A stretch of 64,000 bases of DNA from an uncultured Clostridia bacterium (GTDB taxonomy: Bacteria > Bacillota > Clostridia > TANB77 > CAG-508): contig CAKOYB010000006.1 of assembly GCA_934130435.1 (NCBI GenBank), positions 3,392 through 67,391 on the forward strand, read 5' to 3'. The translations under genes and the position numbers were made by a program. A model generated the notes under the pieces. That model did no database searches. It saw only the letters and a program-made list of their open reading frames with translations, and was not told the origin of the DNA. Shown here one piece after another: positions 1 through 9,545 of this stretch. Within the stretch, counting starts at the first letter, position 1. Each line of letters opens with the position of its first letter.

Positions 1-495
1 GTCAAATGTTTCTTCTATATATTTTTTTTCTGTTATGTTTTTAAATTCACATACTTCCTTAAATGTAAATGGATAAACATTAAAACTTACATACCTTCCT
101 GCTATATGTGTTGCAAGTTCTCCAGATAGTAAATCGCTATTAGATCCTGTAATAAATATTGATACATTTTTAGATGCCTTAAATGAATTTATTGCTTTTT
201 CCCAATGTTCAACATTTTGAATTTCATCAAAGAACAAATAGTACTTATTCTCATTTACTATTTTTTCTTTAATGTAATTATGCAAATCCATGTCATTTTT
301 TATAAAAGCATAATCCTCATACTCAAAATTTATATATATTATTTGAGAATCTGGTATTCCTTTCTCCTTTAGTTCATCTATTATTTGCAATAATATAACA
401 GATTTACCACATCTTCTAACTCCCATTATAACCTTTATTAAATCTTGATCATAAAATGGTCTGATTTTAGATAAATATTTTTCACGGATAATCAT
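1..495 (-). CDS. AAA+ ATPase (DUF4143/ATP-binding family), N-terminal part; 3' end off-window
   Basis: Reverse-strand translation from ATG at 495 gives MIIREKYLSKIRPFYDQDLIKVIMGVRRCGKSVILLQ with Walker A GxxxxGKS; runs to the window edge so absent from the ORF track. Confidence 0.5.
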   Translation of the reverse strand, partial: MIIREKYLSKIRPFYDQDLIKVIMGVRRCGKSVILLQIIDELKEKGIPDSQIIYINFEYEDYAFIKNDMDLHNYIKEKIVNENKYYLFFDEIQNVEHWEKAINSFKASKNVSIFITGSNSDLLSGELATHIAGRYVSFNVYPFTFKEVCEFKNITEKKYIEETFD

Positions 496-792
496 ATATT
501 TCACCTTCTTTAATTTACTTTACTATATTATACCGTATTCTTTTTCTTTTGTCAATGATTTTGTTTAGTATGATAAACAAAATTGTTATTTTCTACGTTT
601 TTGTTTAGTATATTCTGTATGATAACTATATGTATAATTTTTCTTATTAATATCTTGTTTAGTAATTTATATTTTTTATTAGGCGATTGCTTTCTTATTT
701 TCTTACTTCTGTTTGAAATAGAATAGTTATATTGCTAGGCACATGAATTCAAAATTTATGAGGTGTGCTTTTGCACATTGATTAAATTTTGA

Positions 793-979
793 ATGAAATG
801 TAACAACGCAAGATGGCTATTATCTTTCAAACAAGCCAAATATATTTTTGACAGCCAGTGAAGTTGGTGTTAACTTAAAACAAGGATATAATGGTGATAT
901 ATCTTCAAAAGACGCTGGTAGAGTTGGTGGTAACATGGTTAGAAAGTTAATCCAACAAGCTGAAAACAACATGAAATAG
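793..979 (+). pseudogene. alpha/beta-type small acid-soluble spore protein (SASP) with apparent frameshift at a T5 run
   Basis: Frame 2 reads LTASEVGVNLKQGYNGDISSKDAGRVGGNMVRKLIQQAENNMK*, matching the SASP core EIASEFGV...SVGGE..KRLV, but has no start codon. An upstream ATG at 793 (MKCNNARWLLSFKQAKY) is in another frame. The frames join if one T of TTTTT 845-849 is removed. Confidence 0.4.
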
Positions 980-1106
980 TAATTGATTTCATCAAATGTT
1001 TACAGTCACAACGTAGTATAAGCAAACAAAATAATACAGCTTTATTATAATCTAATATAAAGTTGTAAAGACAGGGATATAAATCTTATCTTTTATGAAT
1101 ACATAA

Positions 1107-1141
1107 GAGGCAGGAATTATGTTCCTGCCTCTTTTTATTTT
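1107..1141 (+). terminator. rho-independent terminator (hairpin GAGGCAGGAA/TTCCTGCCTC plus T-run), between SASP-like ORF and hpf
   Basis: Perfect 10-bp inverted repeat followed by TTTTTATTTT on the + strand. Confidence 0.6.
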
Positions 1142-1149
1142 GTAAAAAT

Positions 1150-1695
1150 TTATATTTCTGGTTCAATTAATCCATAATTTAATGAATCTTTAAGTCTAAA
1201 TATTACATTAACTTTTCCTGTTTCAACATTTACGAATGTAAGGAATATGTTTCCTGCTTTTTCTTTTAATTTTAGTTTTGCATCTTCTACTGTTATTGGT
1301 TTTATTTCGTAGTACATAGTTTTTATTACTTCATCTTCAATTTGAGCACTTGTATTATTCATATTCATTTCTTTTAGTTTAATTGAATCTTCTTTATTCA
1401 TTCTCTCTCTTTTAGTTTTCTCTTTTCTTATTTGACCTTCTAGAATATCTATATCTTTATCAATTGAAGCATAAAGATCTTTTGTTTCTGTAACTGCTCT
1501 ATAGTCTACTGATTTAGCATTAATGTGTATTTCTGCGATTTGTAAACTTCTTTCTCCTCTAATTGTTACAGTTGCTGAAATATTTTCTCCCTCAAAGTAT
1601 TTTTCTATTCTTTCTAGTTTTTTTTCAACATATTCTTTAATTGCTTCGGTTACTGTTAGTTCTTTTCCTAAAATTCTTATATCCATAAAAATCAC
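1150..1695 (-). CDS. hpf: ribosome hibernation promoting factor (long HPF)
   Basis: Sequence MDIRILGKELTVTEAIKEYVEKKLERIEKYF and the C-terminal dimerisation domain are typical of Firmicutes HPF; true start probably the MDIR Met at 1683. Confidence 0.85.
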   Translation of the reverse strand: MIFMDIRILGKELTVTEAIKEYVEKKLERIEKYFEGENISATVTIRGERSLQIAEIHINAKSVDYRAVTETKDLYASIDKDIDILEGQIRKEKTKRERMNKEDSIKLKEMNMNNTSAQIEDEVIKTMYYEIKPITVEDAKLKLKEKAGNIFLTFVNVETGKVNVIFRLKDSLNYGLIEPEI

Positions 1696-1787
1696 TCCTT
1701 TGTTTTTTGTTACTTATAGATGGTATTTATCTAAAGTAAAAATATTATATAGATTTTATATTTTTTTGTCAACACACAATTGTTATT

Positions 1788-2591
1788 TTAATAACTTACG
1801 TATCCTAAAGGATTTAATGAAGAACCATTTACTCTTATTTCAAAATGTAAATGTGCTCCTGTTGATCTTCCTGTTGAACCAACTTTAGCTATTGCTTGTC
1901 CTTGGCTTACTTTTTGTCCTTCTGATACTAGCAATTTACTACAATGTCCATAGTATGTTTGGATTCCATTCCCATGAGTTATAACTACTAAGTTTCCTAA
2001 TGATCCTTTCCATCCTGAGAAGCTTACTGTTCCTGAATAAGCTGCTTTAATTGTTGTTCCAGAGTGAGCTCCTATGTCTATTCCTGTATGTGTTCTTCCC
2101 CATCTATATCCATATCTTGATGTTAATATTCCTGAAACTGGCTTTGCTAGTGTAATTCCTATGTTTATTCTATTGTTATTAAGTTCTCTGCTTGTACTTA
2201 TTTTTCCAGAACCAGCACTATTTTTACTTACTTTTATAACTTTTTTTGCCTTATATAAGTTATTTGTAGCACTTGATTTACTTGAAAGTTCTGGAAGTGC
2301 TGTTTCATATTGCTCAACTATAGATAAGTCATCTGAATTTGTACTTTCTTTTTTCTTTAATTCTTCTATTGTCTCCTCTGCTTCTCTAAAACTAGCCAAG
2401 TGTACTTTTTCTTCATCATCTTCTAGGATAGTATAATATCTATAGTATTTCACTCCGCTTTCTTTTATTTCGTTATATATTTCATCATCGTTTGTAACAA
2501 TACCTTTTTTTAACAAGCATAATTCGTATTCTGGCAGATCATCAATTTGTATAAATGCAAGGTTTTCCTCTTTTTCGTCTCCTTTTTCCAT
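1788..2591 (-). CDS. M23 family metallopeptidase; probably extends to about 2797 with a non-ATG start and N-terminal TM anchor
   Basis: HxxxD/HLH motifs of Peptidase_M23 (GIDIGAHSGT, GAHLHFEI). The in-frame upstream region encodes a TM helix LISLTFIGTILIVAAIVLLY with no ATG/GTG/TTG but AAAGGAG RBS-like sequence at about 2805. Confidence 0.8.
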   Translation of the reverse strand: MEKGDEKEENLAFIQIDDLPEYELCLLKKGIVTNDDEIYNEIKESGVKYYRYYTILEDDEEKVHLASFREAEETIEELKKKESTNSDDLSIVEQYETALPELSSKSSATNNLYKAKKVIKVSKNSAGSGKISTSRELNNNRINIGITLAKPVSGILTSRYGYRWGRTHTGIDIGAHSGTTIKAAYSGTVSFSGWKGSLGNLVVITHGNGIQTYYGHCSKLLVSEGQKVSQGQAIAKVGSTGRSTGAHLHFEIRVNGSSLNPLGYVSY

Positions 2592-2968
2592 ATATAGGTT
2601 TATCTTTTTTTGTAATGCTTTTTTATCTGAGCAATATCCAATTTTTTCTCCATTAATTGTTACTTTATAAATAGGTTTATATAGAAGTACAATTGCGGCA
2701 ACAATTAAGATTGTTCCTATAAAGGTTAGGGATATAAGCTTTACAATGTTTCTTATATGTATATATATCTTTTTTAATATCCTTATTATTTTAATGCACT
2801 CCTTTTGTTACATTTATATTACATTTTTATGACATAATTTTATAATAGATTTTTAAAATATTCAAGTAATTTTTGTATTTTTTATTTTATTGAATATGCA
2901 AATGAAATCTCTTGAATTTATAGTTTAAATTCAAGAGATTTAATCTAGCACAGATTAAGTTGTATGTT

Positions 2969-3217
2969 CTATAAGTTTTCTAACTCTTTTTTTACTGTAT
3001 TTAATTCTGTTGCAGTCGCTTTTATTACTGGTTTATAATATCCTTTTGTCTCTGATATTTTAAATAATTCATATTGAAAAGATTCGTTATTGTTTCTGAT
3101 TTGTTGAACCATTTGCCTTAGTTGCATATCTTCGGTTTCTGCTATTATTGTTTGGTATTCTATTAATCTAAGTTTTATTTCTTCTAAAACATCGTTGACC
3201 ATTGTTTTTTCATCCAT
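2969..3217 (-). CDS. spore coat protein F-like small protein
   Basis: MQLRQMVQQIRNNNESFQYELFKISETKGYYKP resembles the CotF domain. Confidence 0.45.
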   Translation of the reverse strand: MDEKTMVNDVLEEIKLRLIEYQTIIAETEDMQLRQMVQQIRNNNESFQYELFKISETKGYYKPVIKATATELNTVKKELENL

Positions 3218-3239
3218 ACTTTTATTCCCTTCTTATTTT

Positions 3240-3428
3240 TTATTCATTTAAAAATGACATGAATTTTTGTTTTACATTTAAGGCATCTTGAGCTGCCTTT
3301 GTTAGAGTTTGTTTTATTTGAGGATCTACGCATTGTGTTGAATATGCATTTAATTTTCTATATGCTGTTTCATTTGTATTTATAATATATCTTAAATTTT
3401 GTAGTTCCATTTGAGTTAAGTTAGCCAT
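3240..3428 (-). CDS. CotF-like small protein (paired with the previous gene)
   Basis: Small helical protein adjacent to a CotF-like gene; this pair arrangement is common in clostridia. Confidence 0.35.
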   Translation of the reverse strand: MANLTQMELQNLRYIINTNETAYRKLNAYSTQCVDPQIKQTLTKAAQDALNVKQKFMSFLNE

Positions 3429-3517
3429 TTTTTTCTTCCTTTCTTTATTTCTTTTTCTTATTATTATCCTTCATTTTTATTTTTATTCAAAAAAAGAAAC
3501 ACTTCATAGTGTTTCTC

Positions 3518-4075
3518 TTATAATAAAATTTCTTCTATATGTTTCCATCCATTTACTCTTTTTACGTTTTTATTTTCTAGTTCTTTTTCTGATATATTTT
3601 TGTTATGATATGCAGTAAATAATAACTTCATTTCTGCATCTCCATCTAAATTTGACAATTTATCGTCAATTTTTATATCGCAATTAACAATTTCCTTTTT
3701 GGATGTAAAAACATAATTCTCTGGTGAAATAAATGGTAGATTTTTGTATAGCCATTCAAATTTATTTTTTAAATTTTTAGCCGAATATTCTTCATTTTCT
3801 CTAAATATATATGCTGATACAATGTATATTTCATACTTGTGGGATAATTTTTCAATTACCTCATATGCATTAGGTATAAGTTTTGAATAATCATAAACAT
3901 TCTTACTATTAAAGAACTCTGACCATTCTTGAAATCTTTCTTTTGGTATCAAATCTTGTATGTAATATGTTTTTATCTGTGATATATCATAATTTGTATT
4001 TAAAAATTTATTTACAAGGCTTAAAAATCCTCCATCACATATTACGTCATCCATATCTATCATTATTTTTTTCAT
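3518..4075 (-). CDS. HAD-family 5'(3')-deoxyribonucleotidase-like protein
   Basis: N-terminal MIDMDDVI HAD motif I; size and pattern of NT5C-type nucleotidases. Confidence 0.5.
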   Translation of the reverse strand: MKKIMIDMDDVICDGGFLSLVNKFLNTNYDISQIKTYYIQDLIPKERFQEWSEFFNSKNVYDYSKLIPNAYEVIEKLSHKYEIYIVSAYIFRENEEYSAKNLKNKFEWLYKNLPFISPENYVFTSKKEIVNCDIKIDDKLSNLDGDAEMKLLFTAYHNKNISEKELENKNVKRVNGWKHIEEILL

Positions 4076-4084
4076 TTTTTACCT

Positions 4085-6409
4085 CTAATCTATAATTTCT
4101 AAGTTTGCAAATTTTGCCATTAGTCGTTTATGTCCAACCTTATCAAAATTTATATCAACTTTTAGATCTTCTCCTTCAGCTTCCACGTAATTTATGGTTC
4201 CTTCCCCAAACTTTTTATGAAATACTCTTACTCCTTTTTTATATTTGCTTAAGTCAACATTGCTTGATGATTTTTTATTTAAGTTTGCTAAAAAGCTTTC
4301 TGGAGTTTTAAAATCATAGTTAGATTTTTGGTTTGTTTCTTTTTCAGTATACTTATATGTTGTTACTTTTGAAGATGTATTTCCGTATTTCCATTCATAT
4401 TTCGATTCATAATCGTATTGCTTTTTAGGTTGACTATTAAACATGTTGTCATATCCATCTAATATTTCTTCTGGAATTTCTTGAACAAATCGTGATATTG
4501 CATTATATGATGTAGACCCAAATATTGTCCTTTGTTTTGCACATGTTAAAAATAGGAATTGCTTTGCTCTTGTTATTCCAACATAACATAATCTTCTTTC
4601 TTCTTCTAATTCTTTTGGCTCTCCTATTGACTTGTATCCAGGAAAAATTCCCTCTTCCATTCCAACTAAAAATACAACTGGAAATTCAAGTCCCTTTGCA
4701 CTATGTAAAGTCATTAATGTTACTGAATCATCATTATCTTCTAAATTATCTATATCACTTGATAACGTTATTCCTTCTAAGAATTCTGCTAATGTATTTT
4801 CTGCTGATTCTTCTTCAAATTCTATTGCTACTGTTAAAAATTCTTCAAGGTTTTGTATTCTTGTTTCTGCTTCGATTGTATTTTCCAGTTCAAGAGCCTT
4901 TGTATATCCTGTTTTGTTTAAAGTTTCTTTAATTAATTCTGATATTTTTATTTCATCTTTTCTATTTATAAGGTATTCTATTTGTTCTACAAATTCTCTA
5001 CTATTCAAGAACACTCTATTTAATCCGTAGTCTGCTGCATTTTTTATAATTTCATACATTGAATTATTTGTTTGATCTGCTAATTGCTGAATATTTTCTA
5101 AACTTGTTTTTCCTATTCCTCTTTTAGGTTCATTTATTATTCTTTTTAAGCTTAAGTTATCTGCAGTATTAAAAATTAACCTTAAGTAAGCAATTATATC
5201 TTTAATTTCTTTTCTTTCATAAAACTTTAAACCACCAATAATTTTATATGGAATATTTTCTCTTCTTAATATATCTTCTATTGCTCTTGATTGAGCATTC
5301 ATTCTATATAAAATGCAAAAATCTGAATATTTAAAGTATTCTTCCCTTTTTAATCTATTAATTTGTTCAACTACATATGATGCTTCATCATACTCATTAT
5401 CTCCACAAAATGCATTAGGTAGAACCCCATTTTCATTTTGAGTCCATAATTCTTTTTTATATTTAACACTATTATTTTTTATTACTGCATTAGCAGCTTT
5501 TAGTATGTTTCCTGTACATCTATAATTTTGTTCGAGTTTAATTATTCTTGTTCCAGGAAAATCTTTTTCAAAATTTAAAATATTAGAAATATCTGCGCCT
5601 CTAAAGCTATATATACCTTGGTCATTGTCTCCAACTACTGTAATATTTCCATTTTTAGCTGCCAACATAGTTACAAGTGTAAATTGTGCTTTATTAGTAT
5701 CTTGATATTCGTCAACTAATACATATCTAAATTTACTACTATAATAGTCTAAAATATCCGGATTTTCTGATAATATATTAATTGTTAAATTTATTATATC
5801 ATCAAAGTCTACTGCATTGTTTTCTTTTAACTTTTTTTGATACATTTTATATACATCAGCTATTTTTTCTTTTCTATAATCTCCTGTTGCTCTTAATGCG
5901 TACTGCATTGGTTCTAACATTTCATTTTTTGCATTGCTAATTTCTGATAATACTGCTCTATCAGAAAATGTTTTTTCGTCAATATTTAATGCTTTAAGAC
6001 ACTCTTTTACTAATGTTCTTTGATCTGATGTATCAAATATTATAAATGTGTTATCATACCCTAGTCTATCAATAAATTTTCTAAGTATTTTCATACAGAT
6101 AGAGTGAAATGTGCCAATCCACATGTCATTTGAGGCACTTCCAACTAAGCCTTCTATTCTTTCTTTCATTTCTGATGCTGCTTTGTTTGTAAAAGTTATT
6201 GCCAAAATATTCCATGGCTTTATATTTTTTTCTTCCATTAAATAGGCTATCTTATGTGTTAGTACTTTTGTTTTTCCGCTTCCTGCTCCTGCAATTACTA
6301 AACATGGACCATCTGTATTTACGACAGCCTCGTATTGCTTGTCATTTAGTCCTTCTAATATATCTTTCATTTGTACCTCTAATTTTCTTTTATTAATTTT
6401 GCATACCAT
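4085..6409 (-). CDS. pcrA: ATP-dependent DNA helicase PcrA/UvrD family
   Basis: GPCLVIAGAGSGKTKVLTHKIAYL Walker A and the UvrD helicase motifs throughout; true start likely the MKDILEGLNDKQ Met. Confidence 0.9.
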   Translation of the reverse strand: MVCKINKRKLEVQMKDILEGLNDKQYEAVVNTDGPCLVIAGAGSGKTKVLTHKIAYLMEEKNIKPWNILAITFTNKAASEMKERIEGLVGSASNDMWIGTFHSICMKILRKFIDRLGYDNTFIIFDTSDQRTLVKECLKALNIDEKTFSDRAVLSEISNAKNEMLEPMQYALRATGDYRKEKIADVYKMYQKKLKENNAVDFDDIINLTINILSENPDILDYYSSKFRYVLVDEYQDTNKAQFTLVTMLAAKNGNITVVGDNDQGIYSFRGADISNILNFEKDFPGTRIIKLEQNYRCTGNILKAANAVIKNNSVKYKKELWTQNENGVLPNAFCGDNEYDEASYVVEQINRLKREEYFKYSDFCILYRMNAQSRAIEDILRRENIPYKIIGGLKFYERKEIKDIIAYLRLIFNTADNLSLKRIINEPKRGIGKTSLENIQQLADQTNNSMYEIIKNAADYGLNRVFLNSREFVEQIEYLINRKDEIKISELIKETLNKTGYTKALELENTIEAETRIQNLEEFLTVAIEFEEESAENTLAEFLEGITLSSDIDNLEDNDDSVTLMTLHSAKGLEFPVVFLVGMEEGIFPGYKSIGEPKELEEERRLCYVGITRAKQFLFLTCAKQRTIFGSTSYNAISRFVQEIPEEILDGYDNMFNSQPKKQYDYESKYEWKYGNTSSKVTTYKYTEKETNQKSNYDFKTPESFLANLNKKSSSNVDLSKYKKGVRVFHKKFGEGTINYVEAEGEDLKVDINFDKVGHKRLMAKFANLEIID

Positions 6410-7044
6410 TCTGGTTTAAACTCTTCATCATATTCTATTTCGTCAAATATAATTGGCATTTCTTCTTTAAAATATTTTAATAATGGTATCATAACTTGTC
6501 TTACCGCTGGATGAACATGGTTGTTACATCTTAATGAAAAAATATGTTTCCATTCTCTAATATTTGATGTCATTGTTACTTCTGCTGCTGTACTATGTGG
6601 AAGAATCTCTCTACACATATCTGTAGTTGCTCCTAAAGCTTTCATTTTCATATAATGTTTTTCCATTTCTTCCATAGCAGTTTTCCATTCATCATATATT
6701 TCTTTATCTTCAATATATACTGGATTCATAACACTAATTTGATTGCTATATTTATCTTTATCATAGCTGCAATATCTTGTTGATTCTATTGAGAAACTTG
6801 CATGTCTATGTCTTGTAATATCTTTATAAACTCCTATATCACAATATAATCTAACTGTTATTTTTTCGTGTTCTAGTACAGACTCATGTCCTCTTGTTAT
6901 GCAATTTTTAATTAAATTTTTGTAGCTATCATCTGTTATTTTTCCTTCTGAACGATAACAAGTTCTACAAGCTCTTTCAATATTTTTCATTATTTTTATT
7001 CCATCAAAATCTTCAACTTTTACCCATGGTTCAACTATTCTCAT
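6379..7044 (-). CDS. thyX: FAD-dependent thymidylate synthase ThyX
   Basis: ThyX signature RHRHASFSIESTRY (RHRx7S); 221 aa. Confidence 0.8.
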   Translation of the reverse strand: MRIVEPWVKVEDFDGIKIMKNIERACRTCYRSEGKITDDSYKNLIKNCITRGHESVLEHEKITVRLYCDIGVYKDITRHRHASFSIESTRYCSYDKDKYSNQISVMNPVYIEDKEIYDEWKTAMEEMEKHYMKMKALGATTDMCREILPHSTAAEVTMTSNIREWKHIFSLRCNNHVHPAVRQVMIPLLKYFKEEMPIIFDEIEYDEEFKPEWYAKLIKEN

Positions 7045-7058
7045 ATTATTTCTCCTTA

Positions 7059-8117
7059 TTATTCTTCTCCTTTTAATCTGTCTGCTCTGTCTGCCGCAAT
7101 TAATGAATCAATCATTTCATCTAAGTCTCCGTTTAGGAAATTTTCCATTTGAAATATACTTAATCCAATTCTATGATCTGTAATTCTTCCTTGTGGATAA
7201 TTATATGTTCTAATTTTTTCACTTCTATCTCCACTTCCAACTTGAGATTTTCTTTCGTTTGCAAGTTTTGAATCTCTTTGTGCTTTTTCCTTTTCATATA
7301 GTCTAGATTTTAAAAGCCTCATTGCATATTCTCTGTTTTGAAGCTGTGATCTTTCAGTTTGACATTCTGCAACCATTCCTGTTGGAACATGTATTAGTCT
7401 TACTGCCGATGACGTTTTATTAACGTGCTGACCTCCTGCTCCTGAAGATCTAAATACTTCCATCTTTATGTCTGCTGGATTAATTTCTATTTCTACATCT
7501 TCTACAACTGGAAGTACCGCAACAGTTGCAGTAGAAGTATGAATTCTTCCACTACTTTCTGTATCTGGAACTCTTTGTACTCTATGAACTCCACTTTCAA
7601 ACTTTAGTCTACTATAAACTCCTTTTCCAGTTACCATAAATGATATTTCTTTGTAACCACCTAATCCTGTTTCGTTTTCATTAAGAACTTCTATTTTCCA
7701 ATGCTTTCTTTCTGCATACATTGTGTACATTCTGTAAAGAGTTCCTGCAAATAATGCTGCTTCTTCTCCTCCTGCTCCAGCTCTAATTTCGCAAATAATG
7801 TTTTTGTCATCATCCGGATCCTTTGGTATTAAAGCAATTTTTAGTTCTTCCTCTAGCTTAGGTAATTTTTCTTTTGCCTCTAAGTACTCCATTTCTGCAA
7901 GTTCTTTTAGTTCTTTATCCTCTAACATCGCCTTTGCTTCTTCTAGGTCACTACTTACTTTTTTGTATTCTCTATATTTTTCAACTATAGGAGTCATATC
8001 TGAATGTTCTTTCATAAGTTTTTGCCATTCAGATGTTCTAGCAATTACTTCTGGATCACTAATTTGTTTTGTTAACTCAATATATCTTTTCTCGACATCT
8101 TCTAATTTTTGAAACAT
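7059..8117 (-). CDS. prfA: peptide chain release factor 1
   Basis: GGQ motif [23 protein letters not shown]; RF1-type domain 2 rather than the SPF motif of RF2; 352 aa. Confidence 0.9.
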   Translation of the reverse strand: MFQKLEDVEKRYIELTKQISDPEVIARTSEWQKLMKEHSDMTPIVEKYREYKKVSSDLEEAKAMLEDKELKELAEMEYLEAKEKLPKLEEELKIALIPKDPDDDKNIICEIRAGAGGEEAALFAGTLYRMYTMYAERKHWKIEVLNENETGLGGYKEISFMVTGKGVYSRLKFESGVHRVQRVPDTESSGRIHTSTATVAVLPVVEDVEIEINPADIKMEVFRSSGAGGQHVNKTSSAVRLIHVPTGMVAECQTERSQLQNREYAMRLLKSRLYEKEKAQRDSKLANERKSQVGSGDRSEKIRTYNYPQGRITDHRIGLSIFQMENFLNGDLDEMIDSLIAADRADRLKGEE

Positions 8118-8201
8118 ATTTCCTCCAATTTAATTATTTTTTGTATTATATAATATGTAATTCTTTTTTTCAATATTTTTGTACTTGGCTTATAAATTTA
8201 T

Positions 8202-9341
8202 TTATACAAATTCTTCCCAAGCTAGGTTTGCTAAGTCTAGCCCCTTTAAAGTAAGCTTAATTCTATCTCCATCTATTTCTATAATCTCTTCGTTTACAAG
8301 TTTATTTAATTCTTTCTTAAATAAAAATATAGGATTTTTACAAAATTTATTTTTAAATTTTTTTATGCTTACTCCGTTTATCTTTCTTAGTCCTAATAGC
8401 ATGTATTCTTTTTCCTTATCAATAGTATTTTGTACTTCATGTATTATTTTGTTTTCTTGGTATTTTTGATCTTTTATATTTTCTATATATCTTTCAAGTT
8501 CGTTTATGTTTGAGTATCTTGCTCCATTTTCATAAGAATGAGCAGCTATACCAACCCCAATATACTCGTTCTGATTCCAGCAATCCAAATTGTGTTTTGA
8601 CTCATATCCCTCTTTTGAAAAATTTGATATTTCGTAATGTATATATCCTTTACTTTCAAGTTTATCTTTTACATACCAATACATTTGTCTTTCTTTTTCT
8701 TCACTAGGAATTTTAACTTCGTTATTCATATATTTTTTATATAGTTTAGTTCCTTCTTCCAGAATTAATGAATATACACTTATATGCTCTGGATTAATTT
8801 TGGTTATTCTATCTATACTTTTTTCTACATCTTTAATACTCTGATTTGGTAAGCCAATTATTAGATCTACATTAATGTTATTAAATCCAACTTCTCGTGC
8901 ATTATTATATATTTCACAAAATTGCTCGTATGTATGTATTCTTCCAATACTTTTTAATAATTCATTGTTAGTTTCTTGTAGTCCAATGCTTAGTCTATTT
9001 ACTCCTGCAGTATAATACTTTTGTAATGTATCTTTATTAATTGTACCTGGGTTAATCTCTATAGTGATTTCTTTTAAATTCTTTTGATTTAGTCTTATTG
9101 AATTTAGTATTTCTATTATATATTCGCTATCTATTGCTGAAGGGGTTCCTCCTCCAATATAAACTGTAGTTAGTTTATTTTTATTATTCAGATTAACTAT
9201 ATTTATTTCTTTTTTTAATGCTTCAATATATTCTTTTATATATCTATTTTTATTATCAAAAGATACAAAGTCGCAATAGTCGCATTTTCTTTTGCAGAAT
9301 GGTATATGTACATATAATCCTTTTTCTTGGTTTAGTGGCAT
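8202..9341 (-). CDS. hemW: radical SAM heme chaperone HemW (HemN-like)
   Basis: CxxxCxxC radical SAM motif HIPFCKRKCDYCDF near the N-terminus; HemW length and C-terminal domain. Confidence 0.85.
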   Translation of the reverse strand: MPLNQEKGLYVHIPFCKRKCDYCDFVSFDNKNRYIKEYIEALKKEINIVNLNNKNKLTTVYIGGGTPSAIDSEYIIEILNSIRLNQKNLKEITIEINPGTINKDTLQKYYTAGVNRLSIGLQETNNELLKSIGRIHTYEQFCEIYNNAREVGFNNINVDLIIGLPNQSIKDVEKSIDRITKINPEHISVYSLILEEGTKLYKKYMNNEVKIPSEEKERQMYWYVKDKLESKGYIHYEISNFSKEGYESKHNLDCWNQNEYIGVGIAAHSYENGARYSNINELERYIENIKDQKYQENKIIHEVQNTIDKEKEYMLLGLRKINGVSIKKFKNKFCKNPIFLFKKELNKLVNEEIIEIDGDRIKLTLKGLDLANLAWEEFV

Positions 9342-9545
9342 AATTCATCATCTTCCAATATTTGATCTAATTTTTCGTCTGAAGCCAGTTCATAAATGAC
9401 CTTTTTTCTTCCCTCAATTGTATTAAAATCTTTTGCTGTATACCCAAGCCTTACTAGTAGATTTTGCATTTCTATAAGTCCAAGTCCGTTCAGGAATCCT
9501 GCTCTCTCCCTTGGTTTAAGTTTTTTTATTTCTGTTATTAATTCT

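Noticed and set aside
1523-1888. The many listed 60-150-aa + strand ORFs inside minus-strand genes (e.g. 1523-1888, 4105-4311, 4525-5030, 13503-14303, 14311-15150, 31748-32164, 52637-52897)
   Set aside because: They lie antisense to strongly supported genes, are Leu/Phe/Ser/Ile-rich low-complexity translations of AT-rich DNA, and lack RBSs.
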